A stretch of 64,000 nt of DNA from Octopus sinensis (Eukaryota), in NCBI RefSeq assembly GCF_006345805.1, contig NC_043014.1, positions 28,396,001 through 28,460,000 on the forward strand, read 5' to 3'. Under the pieces are notes generated by a model. The model saw nothing but the letters and a program-made list of their open reading frames with translations. It made no database searches and was not told where the DNA came from. Shown here in pieces: positions 52,778-64,000 of the stretch. A program made the position numbers and the translations under genes. Position 1 is the first letter of the stretch. Each line of letters opens with the position of its first letter.

Positions 52778-53241
52778 CAGATAGAGAGAGGGTGAGATTG
52801 GACACAGAATGGGGAATAAGAACTGCAACTGAAACAGCTCAGTAATGGCTCAAGAAAAACAAAACCCGCGTTTCCGAATATGTGTATGAGAGGGTGACTG
52901 TGTGTGTGACATTGTGAGTGTGTGTGTCTGCGTCCGTTTAAGTGCATGTGTGTGTGAATGAGTGCTTGTGTGTGTGTGTGTACGTGTGCATATTGTATGT
53001 GTCATTGTAGGCGAACATTTAATGCATGTCTCTGTTCCTGCGAGAGTGCAACGGCCCCTTTCATTTTCTAGAGGTACATATATACATATATATACATACA
53101 TACATACACACACACACACGTATACATGCATGAATATGAATGTATACATCTGTGAGTGGGTATATGTATATATAAATATATATACATATGAAGATGTGCG
53201 TATTTATATGTATATATATATATGTACACATACACACACAG

Positions 53242-53272
<31 letters not shown>

Positions 53273-53274
53273 CT

Positions 53275-53490
53275 CAGTTACTTGTTTTAGTCATTTGACT
53301 GCGGCCATGCTGGAATACCGCCTTTAGTTGAACGAATCAACCTGAAGACTTAATCTTTGTAAGCCTAGTACTTATTTTATCGGTTTGCTTTCCCGAACCG
53401 CTAAGTTACGGGGACGTAAATACACCAACATCGGTTGACAAGCGATAGTGGGGGAGGGACAGACACACAAACATATACATACATACATGC

Positions 53491-53556
<66 letters not shown>

Positions 53557-53682
53557 GGTGGGCTTCTTTAAGTTTCTGTCTACCAAATCCACTTACGAGG
53601 CTTTGGTCGGCCCGGGCTATATTAGAAGACACTTGCCAAGTGGAACTGAATCCGGAACCAAGCTTTACCGCACGACCACACT
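53275..53682 (-). mobile_element. SINE family B with expanded internal (TA)n
   Basis: TTACTTGTTTTAGTCATTTGACTGCGGCCATGCTGG...CCGAACCGCTAAGTTACGGGGACG...(TA)n...ACCAAATCCACTTACGAGGCTTTGG...AGAAGACACTTGCCAAG. Confidence 0.88.
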
Positions 53683-53758
53683 TGTATGTACATATATATT
53701 ATATATATGATATATGATATATTATATATATATATATCTATATATAGATATATATATA

Positions 53759-53801
<43 letters not shown>

Positions 53802-54491
53802 CAATACATACAGTATATAATATAGATAATATATACAATATATGATACAATATAATATAATATGATAATATATATATATCTTTATATATATATACATATA
53901 TATCTATCTATCTCTCTTTATACACACACACACACACACACATACACAGATACACACATATATATATATATAATATATGAGGATTGCAATAAAGATATAC
54001 GTTTGTAAAGATTATTCAGCTATTTACATGCTAGTAAAGGAACAATTACTGAATTTAATCGAAAAATGAACGGTTATCCTCGAAGTCGACGGAGAACCAT
54101 TTTCTTGTACCGTTTTTATATGCATGCATACATACATATATACATTCTCTCCGTCTCTCTCTCTCGCTTTCACACACACACACAGACACACGCATATATT
54201 TATTCATCTTAGTAAATATACATACATACTTGCACACATAGACACATACAAACACATATATATGTGTATATATACACGTATATCTCTTTATACGGCGATG
54301 TGTATATATATATATAATATGTGTGTGTATATATATATAATATGTATATATACATGTATATTTTTTTATACGGTGGTGTATATATATATATAGATTTTGT
54401 TGAATTTTCTGCTGCTTTAAATAAAGTATATATATATATATATATACAGATTTTGTTGAATTTTCTGCTGCTTTAAATAAAGTATTATATA

Positions 54492-54561
<70 letters not shown>

Positions 54562-54906
54562 TATATATATAATATATTCAATTACGTATAATTAAAGTTT
54601 GTTTCTAAGTTTTCATTAACTGAAAGATTACTTAACGTTTTTTGCAGAGACGTATTTATCATTTTTTAACCAAGACTAGATTGACAGCAACTTCGAAGTT
54701 TGATCCTGCTGTATACATACATGCACACATACATACATACATACATACATACATACATACATACATGCATGCATACATATATACATACATACATACATAC
54801 ATACATACATACATACATGCATACATACATACATACATACATACATACATACATACATACATACATACATACATACATGCATACATAGACACATACATAC
54901 ATATAC

Positions 54907-55300
54907 ATGGCTGTGTGGTAAAAAGCTTACTTCCCAACCAGATGGTTCTGGGTTCAGTCCCACTGAGTGTATTTTGGGCAAGTGTCTTCTACTATAGCTT
55001 CAGGCCGACCAAAGCCTTGCGAGTGGATATGGTAGATGGAAACTGAAAGAAGCCCGTCCTATATATATATATATATATAAATATGTATGTAGGTAGGTAT
55101 TTATGCATGTATGTAGGTATGTATGCGTGTGTGCGTGTTTGTGAGTCTATATGTCAGTGACAACCACGTGACAACCGGTGTTGAGTGTTTACGTCCCCGT
55201 AACTTAGCAGTTTGGCATAAGTGACCGATAGAATAAGTGCAAGGCTTAAAAAATGTCTGTGATTCGATTTGTTCGACCAAAACCCTTCAAGGAGGTGCTC
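54907..55300 (+). mobile_element. SINE family B lacking its normal 3' end
   Basis: TGGCTGTGTGGTAAAAAGCTT...GGGTTCAGTCCCACTG...; similarity stops at GGAGGTGCTCTGGCTTGGC. Confidence 0.85.
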
Positions 55301-55304
55301 TGGC

Positions 55305-55730
55305 TTGGCAGGTATGCACAACAAATCTGATATAAGTATTTGGGATAGAGAAGAGAAACTCTGCACTGTTGTGGAAATTAGCTGCCCAGCGGATGCTAAC
55401 ATAAAGCTGACGATCAGCGATAAAGTGAATATCTACGCTGAACTATTAAGAAATCTGCAGTTACTCTATCCAGATTACAAGTTCAGGAGGTATACCTGCA
55501 GTTATTGGAGTTCAGGGATACGTAACACCCTACCTAAGTATCAATCTTGAAGAATTAGGCTTCTCAAAACTAGAAAAGAGAAAGCTAATTCGAAGACTAC
55601 AGATCCAATGGAACCATAAAATCTGTAAAACTTTTCAGAAGTTCATCATTTCAATTTATATCAGCATCTCTAGATGTGCAACTATATGCATGAGACTACA
55701 CACATAAATCAAAACATACAAATCTGCACC
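55305..55730 (+). mobile_element. R4/Dong-type LINE 3' piece (RLE + start of 3' UTR)
   Basis: HNKSDISIWDREEKLCTVVEISCPAD.N...DKVNIYAELLRNLQLLYPDYKF, then IPAVIGVQGY...LEELGFSK...KLIRRLQ..GTIKICKTFQKF. Confidence 0.85.
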
Positions 55731-57306
55731 GACAATTCTAACCCTTGCAATTGAGAAGAGAATCATTGTTTCAGATACTATAGCCATTTCAAAGGGAATA
55801 TTCTAGGGACATAGTCTTTCTGTACTTCTTTTCATTTTGGCACTGAATCCATTATTTTCCTACTGCAGAAAACAAATGGTTACATACTAGGATCTTCAAC
55901 TGCTGGAAGTATCAATGTAACTCATAATTTCTTTGTAGACGACATCAAGATTTATGCTAAAAGTGTTAATAATGCCAAGAAACAACTGGAATTTATAACA
56001 TTTTCAGCTGATATAGGCATGGAATTTGATCAAAACAGATGTTCATATCTGGTTATAGAACAAGAAAAGTCAGTCCCCCAAACCCAAAACCTATGCATCA
56101 ATGGTCTTTCTATTTCTCTCATTCCACAGAAAGAATGTTACAAGTACCTAGACACTAACCAAAATGTATCATATAAAGGCACAGTGTATAAAGATAGAGT
56201 GACCCGAGAATATTACACCAGACTTAAGAAAATATGGTAGTCGGAACTCTCCTCTTGCAACAAAGCAATATCTCACAATGCATTTGCAGTACCACTGCTG
56301 ATCCCAACATATGGGGTACTTGATTGATTTGTAGAGGAAATCTATTCCATAGATATCAAAACCCGCAAAATTCTGACAACAACTGGGAACTTCTACAGAA
56401 ACAGTGATGTTGACAGGCTCTACCTAAGAAGAAATGAAGGTGGTAGAGGCCTGAGATCAGTGCAGACGACCTTCGAATGCCGTATCGTATAACTCATCAG
56501 CACCTGCTGAACAACGACAGCAAACATAAATATATAAGTGCAGTGCTGGGAAGTGAAGTGAGCAATATTGTACGAGTTGGCAGTGAGCTCTTCCAGAAGC
56601 ACTCTCTTCCTGACGATCTATACAGCTCCAAAACGGCTGGGCTCTCTTACTTCAGAGAAGACATTGATGGAAAGCCCTCAGCATACAAAAAAGAAAGAAA
56701 GACTATGCATGGGTATGTTGCTCAGAAGCTTGAAGAAGACAGTAGAATTGAGACAAAGCGCTGCCTGTCTCGGATACAAGACCACTACATCACACCACAC
56801 TTTGAAGGCCATGCGTTTGCAATTCAGGAACAGGAGATTGCTACAAAGTAACTGGTGAACAAGAGAGACAGTGACACTCTGGTAATCCCAAGGTGCAACC
56901 GCATGTGCAAGCTATATGGTGTTTCTGTGGAAGACATCAAACATGTGATTAGCAGCTCTCCTAAAATGTCGTCACAGTATTACCTCCCTATGCGGTACCA
57001 TGTTTTCTATATCCACACTATGAATTCATATTCGTACCAGCAATAATTGGAGCACTAGGTTTTGTTAGTAAATGTTTAAAGGAGAATCTGGATAAACTGG
57101 GATTTTCAGAAAGATAAATCTACCGGCTAATTCGTACATTGCGAGTGCAATCTATGAGTGAGACAGTAAAAATAGGCAAAACTTTTCTCAAGTTCCAAAT
57201 ATGAATTTGTCTGTGTTAATTACATTCCGAAGATGGAGCATTGCATCTTTGTTGGAAACCGGGTCCCTCCTCAGTGAACGATTTATAATAATTAAAAAAT
57301 AGAAGA
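55731..57306 (+). mobile_element. Second R4/Dong-type LINE relic (RT, thumb, CCHC knuckle, internal deletion, C-terminus, 3' UTR)
   Basis: KGIF*G.SLSVLLFILALNPL, THNFFVDDIKIYAK, YKYL, RLYLRRNEGGRGLRSV, FEGHAFAIQEQEIATK, CKLYGVSVEDIKHVISSSPKMS..YYLPMR, then PAIIGALGFVSKCLKENLDKLGFS...VKIGKTFLKFQI* (stop 57202-57204); ends at (CATA)n. Confidence 0.92.
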
Positions 57307-57377
57307 TACATACATACATACATACATACATACATACATACATACATACATACATACATACATACATACATACATAC
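57307..57377. repeat. (CATA)n microsatellite
   Basis: Directly visible, abutting the LINE 3' end. Confidence 0.95.
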
Positions 57378-57714
57378 AAAAATACCCTGTTGTTGATGTT
57401 GAAATTCCAATGAAGGAGACTCGGATCTCCTTTAGATACCTGCTATTTCTCTATTGGCAATAAATCTTAAAATAAAACTGAAGAATGGCATACATACATA
57501 CAAATGTGTGTGTGTGTGTGTGGTGTGTGTGTGTGCATGTGTGTGTGCGTGCGTAAGTAAAATTCAATCCAGTCCACTAAATTAAATTGTGTATACTCGT
57601 ATACTGTTACTGGGTACTGGGTCCGTTTTCTCCCATTAGTTATCACCAACGTCTATATGTGTGTGTATGTGAGGTATTAAGTTTCTGTCTGTAGCTGTGT
57701 GCGTGTGGTTGTAC

Positions 57715-57749
<35 letters not shown>

Positions 57750-58289
57750 CTATATATATGTATGTATGTATGTACCTATATGCCTCTTAAGTGGTTTCTT
57801 TAAATGTGAACATTACTTCATATATAGGTGTCTATGTTGTTGGGTATATAGATCTGTCTGTCTGTCTGTCTCTCTCGTCTGGAACTGGAGGCTGTAAATT
57901 ATGCTTGCCTGAGAAATTCCAGGTTCTGAATAGAATGACCAAGGCGTTACATTACTTCACAGACAACACTGATGACCATTTCTTTTCTGTAAATCTTCCG
58001 TCTTGAGAACTAGCTGGACTGACACAATCTACAAAGTAGGAACACTCTGAAGTCTGTGGGTACGCATGTTAGCTGCGCTAGTGTCTTCATCTGCACTATG
58101 AAGAATGGAATATCCAAATGCCACTTAAACTGCTCTGTAGTAATACGGCGTATGGAAAAAAACAATAAACAATAAAAGACACGCGAAGTTGAATCACACA
58201 GGTGAAATCAAGACCCTTCTTTAACAGAAGAAATACAGGTGAAACACCTGCAGACAAGTAATCTTTAGGGAGCAAAATTTTTCCTTCTA

Positions 58290-58760
58290 TCAAATAAAAG
58301 AAAAAAGTCTTAATTTGAAATCTCCAAATCTGATCTTCTTGATTCAATGAAAGGTGAAAGATTCCGACACCACCATAAATTCTTTTCAAAGTGGACCAAA
58401 TAGCCACATGAATCCTTTTAAACAATTTTCCAGTGTCCAAATATTTGAAAACAAAACGAAAAATGTATATGAATTAAATGAAGCCACACACTTTAAACTG
58501 TTGTCCGATAGTATTAGGAAGACAATTTCCACCATTTATTATACCATACATAGATTATATCAGAAGACGAAATTTCGTCGGTATCAGCGGATGGGACTGT
58601 TGTATTACGTGATTTCGGCGTAATTTTTGTCTCATCAGCTACAGACACCTAATCCCCAAATGCCTGAGCGAAATCTCTCCAAACCAATATAGTTTTAAAC
58701 AGTCAATGATATCACAAAAAGATGGAGGGCTGTGTATAAAATAGTAATCGGCGCCGAAGG
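58290..58760 (+). mobile_element. Decayed Penelope-like RT N-terminal fragment (second lineage)
   Basis: FEISKSDLLDSMKGERFR, FENKTKNVYELNEATHFKLLSDSIRKT and YRHLIPKCLSEIS resemble PLE motifs FE.DL...I.FR, DKT.NLYEL....Y.KLL.DNITK and RLINP.KSE. Match is by eye. Confidence 0.5.
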
Positions 58761-59587
58761 CAGTTTTTGTAACAAATACGAATTCGCACGCCCAACTTAC
58801 CTTGGATGTACTGTTTTTAACGCCGTTTATAACATAAAAGATAGAAAGAGAAAAAGTATCCCGGCTATCTAGAACACAATGCATTGAAAATATTACTCAA
58901 ACTATTCCCAATATCTTTACGTAACACAATACATAGAAGTGAAAGAACTAGCATCTGAGCTGAACAATGGTAGATCGCGTGAAATATCTCACCATGCGTA
59001 AACCAACCGATTCTCTTAAATTTGGTCTGCCGATATAATCTGTGCTATTTAGCATTAAACGTCTTTACAAGATGATTTTTCAGGACGAATAATGCAGCTT
59101 ACGGTGTTTAAAACAACAAATTAATATTCGTTACAAAAATGGCTCCGTTACTAAGAGCTAATTTATACACGGCTCGTCAGCTTTTTGCTACATCATTGAC
59201 AAGTAAGTCAGTATCAAACTATATCAGTTTGACGAGATTTCTGTCTGGCATTTATGATTAGGTGTTGCTGACGAGACGAAAAATACGCCGAAGTCACGTA
59301 ATACAGCAGTCCAATCAGTCTGTACTGACGAAATATCGTCTGCCGATAAAATCTATGCTATTTCGTACTAAGCGTCTATACGAGGTAATTTCTGAGGACG
59401 AATACTGCAGCTTACAGTGTTTAAAACAACGCATCCGAGTTAAGTTGGATGTGTAAATATATATTCATAACAATCCTTATCTTTTAAACAATGCACAGGA
59501 TTTGAGCACAGGAAAGCAACTCTCTTTCACAACCCACAAACCCAAGCGAGTAAACCATAAACACACACTCTCTCTCTCACACACACA

Positions 59588-59665
<78 letters not shown>

Positions 59666-59699
59666 AGATACACACACTTATGCACATAAATATTTTAAA

Positions 59700-60060
59700 A
59701 CTTAGTATTTTTTACTTGTTTTCATCCTTGGCGTGCAGCCATGATGGATTATCTCCCCGAAGATTTTTAGTCAAACAAATCGACCCAAGTATTTATTTTT
59801 TATTCCATTGGTCGCTTTTGTTACGGGGGACGTAAGCAAACCAACGCCGGTTATCAATCGGTGGCAAGGACAAACACAAATACGAAGACTCACCAGGCAT
59901 CCACCAACACATTCAAATATGCATACGATAGTTTTCCACAGTCTCAGTCTACTAAATCCACTCAAAATTCATTGGTTATAGTGGAAAACACTTGCTGAAG
60001 ATGCTACGCAATGAGACTTAACCCGAAGCTAGGTGGTTGCCAAGTGAGCATCCTAACGAC
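59700..60060 (-). mobile_element. Diverged SINE family B
   Basis: TTTTTACTTGTTTTCATCCTTGGCGTGCAGCCATG...TCTACTAAATCCACTC...AAACACTTGC. Confidence 0.7.
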
Positions 60061-60069
60061 AAGCTGAAC

Positions 60070-60420
60070 GGTGATCCAGGGTGTCTTTGCCTGATCTTCT
60101 CGCTAACTTTCGACAGGTGTCCATAAAGGCATTCATTTGTCATATGTTGAAGCCATTTCACATTTAGGGCGATTTGTAGCATTCTTGTGTAGCAGCCATT
60201 TAACCTGTTTGGTCATTTGTTTGTTAGTGTCCATGTTTTACTGCCATATAGTAGCACTGATTCGACAGTTGCAATGAAGAGCTTGATTTTGATTCGCTTG
60301 GGTAATTTGGAGTTCCGGGCCGTCTTTAGTTTGTGACAGGGTTTCCATGCCTGTGCCTTCCCGATCTTGATGTCGTCATCAGAACTGCTCACCCAACCAA
60401 ATTAGTCTTGTGGCAACCAT
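60070..60420 (-). mobile_element. RTE-clade LINE fragment (RT thumb)
   Basis: Minus-strand WVSSSDDDIKIGKAQAWKPCHKL...KIKLFIATVESVLLYGSKTWTLT...LNGCYTRMLQIALNVKW...MTNECLYG. Confidence 0.85.
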
Positions 60421-60824
60421 TTTATGATACTAAATAAATAAATAAATAAAGGTTATGTACAGATGGGCAGGTTAACAAGGACGTAGTAGAAGCAACACCT
60501 GGACTGGCAGCAGTCCGTTGTAGTTTCGTCACCTGATCCTACATGGCACATTTCAGCTGTCTCGCAGAGGTTGTGCTGGAGACTCACATTGCTGGCAAGT
60601 CTGGAACCTTACAAATCAAAAGAATGCCACCGGCATTGAAATGGTAAGAAATGATGAGGAGCCTCATACAGAGAGAGAGAGAGAGGGGGAGAGAGTGGAA
60701 GTAAAAGGGGTTAATAATTTTAGGCAGATATCCATGTTGGCTCAATAGAAATGATCATCGATAATGTATGGCGTAATCATCAATTAAAGATGTGGTTTTC
60801 TCCATTCTCGGTCTTGTTATATAT

Positions 60825-61360
<536 letters not shown>

Positions 61361-62521
61361 TGCCGCTTTGTAAGTCTACACGGTTGAGGCAAAACAAAGG
61401 AGATATTGGGCGAGAGGGTTGGTAGGTAAACAAAGACTGAGGAAGAGCGCGGAAACAGAGGCAGAGAACGTGTATGAGGGAGAGAAAGAAGAGAGAGAGA
61501 GAGAGGAGAGAGAGAGAGAAAGAGAGATAGAGAGAGAAAAAGAGAGATAGGTTTGAGACAATAGACAAGCAGAATGGGAAAAAGAAAGTAAAGGAAGGAG
61601 AGGAAGAGTGTGGGAAGGAAAGAGAGCGAGGGGTGCAGAGAGAGAAAGACAGAAAGAAAGAGAGAGAAAGAAAAGGGGGAGAGAGAGAGAGAGAGAAAGA
61701 GAGAACGAAAGAGAGAGAGAGAGAGCGAGAGGGAGCGAGAGAGTGGAACACGAAATCAATGAAAGATAAGTATAAAGTTCTTTGCACAATTAGATGGAGG
61801 TTACGTTGACCCGTCCCATATTCACAGATAGCCTTAATGTCAGAATTATTCTGACACCCTCCTCCTACCTCCCCTTCTTATCGTCTGTCATGAACTCACT
61901 CAAATCCACACAATTTCAGCGACACACACATAAATACACACACACATATACACACTAAAACGGGCGCGCTCGTTCTCGCTTTCTTTAAATTTTTTCCTCT
62001 TTTCTCAGTCTTTTCCTTTCTTAACTCTATTCTATCAAGGTCTCTCTCTCTCCATTTTCTTGCTTTCTCTATATTAAAATGGCTGCCTGTCAGACAGACA
62101 CTTCATTCTCTTACGTTCCTTTCCCCTCCTTCTTTGTCCTCCTCTCCCACTACATAACTCCGTCTGACATGTTACTTCTGTGACTTTTCTTTGTACATGT
62201 GCAGTTCCAACAGACATTTGCACGTATGCATCTGCAACAACACATGGACTGCTTTTTGCAGACAAACATTTATGCATGTGTGTAGCATATACATAGCCTA
62301 ACATAACTTACTTATGAAGATACATACATACATACACACATATACACGCACACACACAAACACACACATATATATTGTATTGGAATATCTCGAAGCAAAC
62401 AAATAAAGCTATATATAATAACATTAAATACGCTTTATGTGCGTGCTTCCAGATATTCCGAAAGTAAAAAGAAATTGTTCACGTTCTCTCCAAAGTTTAA
62501 AAAATATTTTGACGTCAACAT

Positions 62522-62578
<57 letters not shown>

Positions 62579-62579
62579 T

Positions 62580-62616
<37 letters not shown>

Positions 62617-62625
62617 TTCTATCTG

Positions 62626-62668
<43 letters not shown>

Positions 62669-63326
62669 TACATATGCCATATATATATATATATACATAC
62701 ACACCACATATAATATGTTTATATGCATATATATTACACACACTACACACACCACACGCATGAACATGCATACGCGGGCACACACACACGTACATGCACT
62801 TCCACATTAACTCACACATATACATATACAGAGAGAGAAAGAGAGAGAGAGAGAGTGATACAGAGAGAGATTGAGACACACACACGTACCCATACACATG
62901 TTCACACATACACACATTCCCATTCCGTCTACGTACACATGCCAACACACACACATTCGCACCCACCCATTCATGCACCCTTCAGGCTGCCTCTCAGTTA
63001 GCCTTGAAACTGTCCTTGGCTCGCGACTGACCATTCCATCTACGCACATACGAACACACACTGCCACAACCACCCATATACACACCTGTCACTATAGCTG
63101 CTGATTTCTCATTACGACATTAACATACGTACACTGACCACTCGCATAACACAAACAAATACACACGCACACACTCTACCACACACAAACACACTCAGTT
63201 ACTGCCACACACGCACATGCTACCATACACACACACATGCCACCATTCTCCCCACTCTCCTGTCCCAGAAAACCCTTTTTCTTTTTGTCTATCTACTTCC
63301 GGTCATTTAAAAAATGGTGATTTTTT

Positions 63327-63470
63327 CCTCTTTCTTCCTTTTCTTTTGGACTTTCCTATGTTTTCTGCTTCCGAAGAGGAGCTTTTTTCGAAGCGTAAAA
63401 CTACCATTCTTTCCTTCTCTGAGCATCTTATTAATACTTTGTATGTGCTACGTGGTCGCATTGTTGTTAG
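63327..63470 (+). mobile_element. Dispersed element copy 3 (degenerate hammerhead-like motif)
   Basis: GCTT CCGAAGA G GAGC TTT TTTC GAAG CGTA AAAC, then CTGAGCATCTTATTAATACTTTGTATGTGCTACG, homologous to 20759-20800. Confidence 0.55.
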
Positions 63471-63867
63471 TTCTTGTCTTTTTTCTTGTTTTTTCTTTAA
63501 TCAACTACATGTATGTTGTGTGTGTGTGTGTGTCTGAATATATATATATTATATAGATATATATATATATATATAATATATTATATATATATATATAATA
63601 TATATATATAATGGGAGTCATTTATGATCCAATGATTGCATTGGGGCGGCACGTCTTAGATAATATCAAGTTGATGATATTAATCAGATGATATAACAAC
63701 AATATCTTGAGTGTGTTTCAGATTCTCTTATTCTGATAACAAAGACTGTTTGATAATATTATTGGTGTTTATAAGGGAGACCCTTTGTGCGTGCATGAAC
63801 ATATATATGTGTGTGCGTGTGTTTCATATACGTATATATAAAGAAACATAGATAAATATATACGAAT

Positions 63868-64000
63868 ACATGATCTGATCAATAAGTATCCGGACTGTTG
63901 CCATAGTATCAAAGCTAAAGCACGAACATGATGCCGCTTAGCACATATTGACCTTGATTTCTCCTGTCCATGAGCACCAAACTTTAACGTTCTAGTGCAA
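63868..64000 (+). mobile_element. Possible left end of a mariner-type element, cut by the window edge
   Basis: TCTGATCAATAAGTATCCGGACTG resembles mariner-type TIRs; partner TIR is not in the window. Confidence 0.35.

Noticed and set aside
55305-57002. Apparent circular permutation of one LINE (RLE before RT)
   Set aside because: The downstream copy has its own, different C-terminus at 57019-57204, so these are two elements in tandem.
59267-59285. CTGACGAGACGAAA hammerhead-like string
   Set aside because: No stem II, stem III or NUH site.

Overview
AT-rich eukaryotic intergenic or intronic DNA, most consistent with an octopus (Octopodidae) genome judged from its SINE families and extreme microsatellite load (recognition from memory, not a database hit). 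I found no credible host protein-coding exon, RNA gene or CRISPR array; nearly all ORFs in the supplied track are microsatellite translation artefacts ([16 protein letters not shown]). The interpretable content is decayed mobile DNA: two Penelope-like relics, a Gypsy internal region (gag-PR-RT-RH-IN), a Tc1/mariner transposase relic and MITEs, R4/Dong-type (restriction-like endonuclease) LINE pieces, several RTE LINE fragments and many copies of at least three tRNA-derived SINE families. Most interesting signals: (1) a dispersed ~140 bp element (3 copies) carrying a minimal hammerhead-ribozyme fold with covarying stem I; (2) R4/Dong-like LINEs sitting in (AAT)n and, for a second lineage, apparently ending in (CATA)n arrays; (3) two unexplained elements with 75-bp inverted repeats; (4) SINE subfamilies with swapped 3' tails that pile up in microsatellites. 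Element boundaries are approximate unless TSDs or TIRs are cited.
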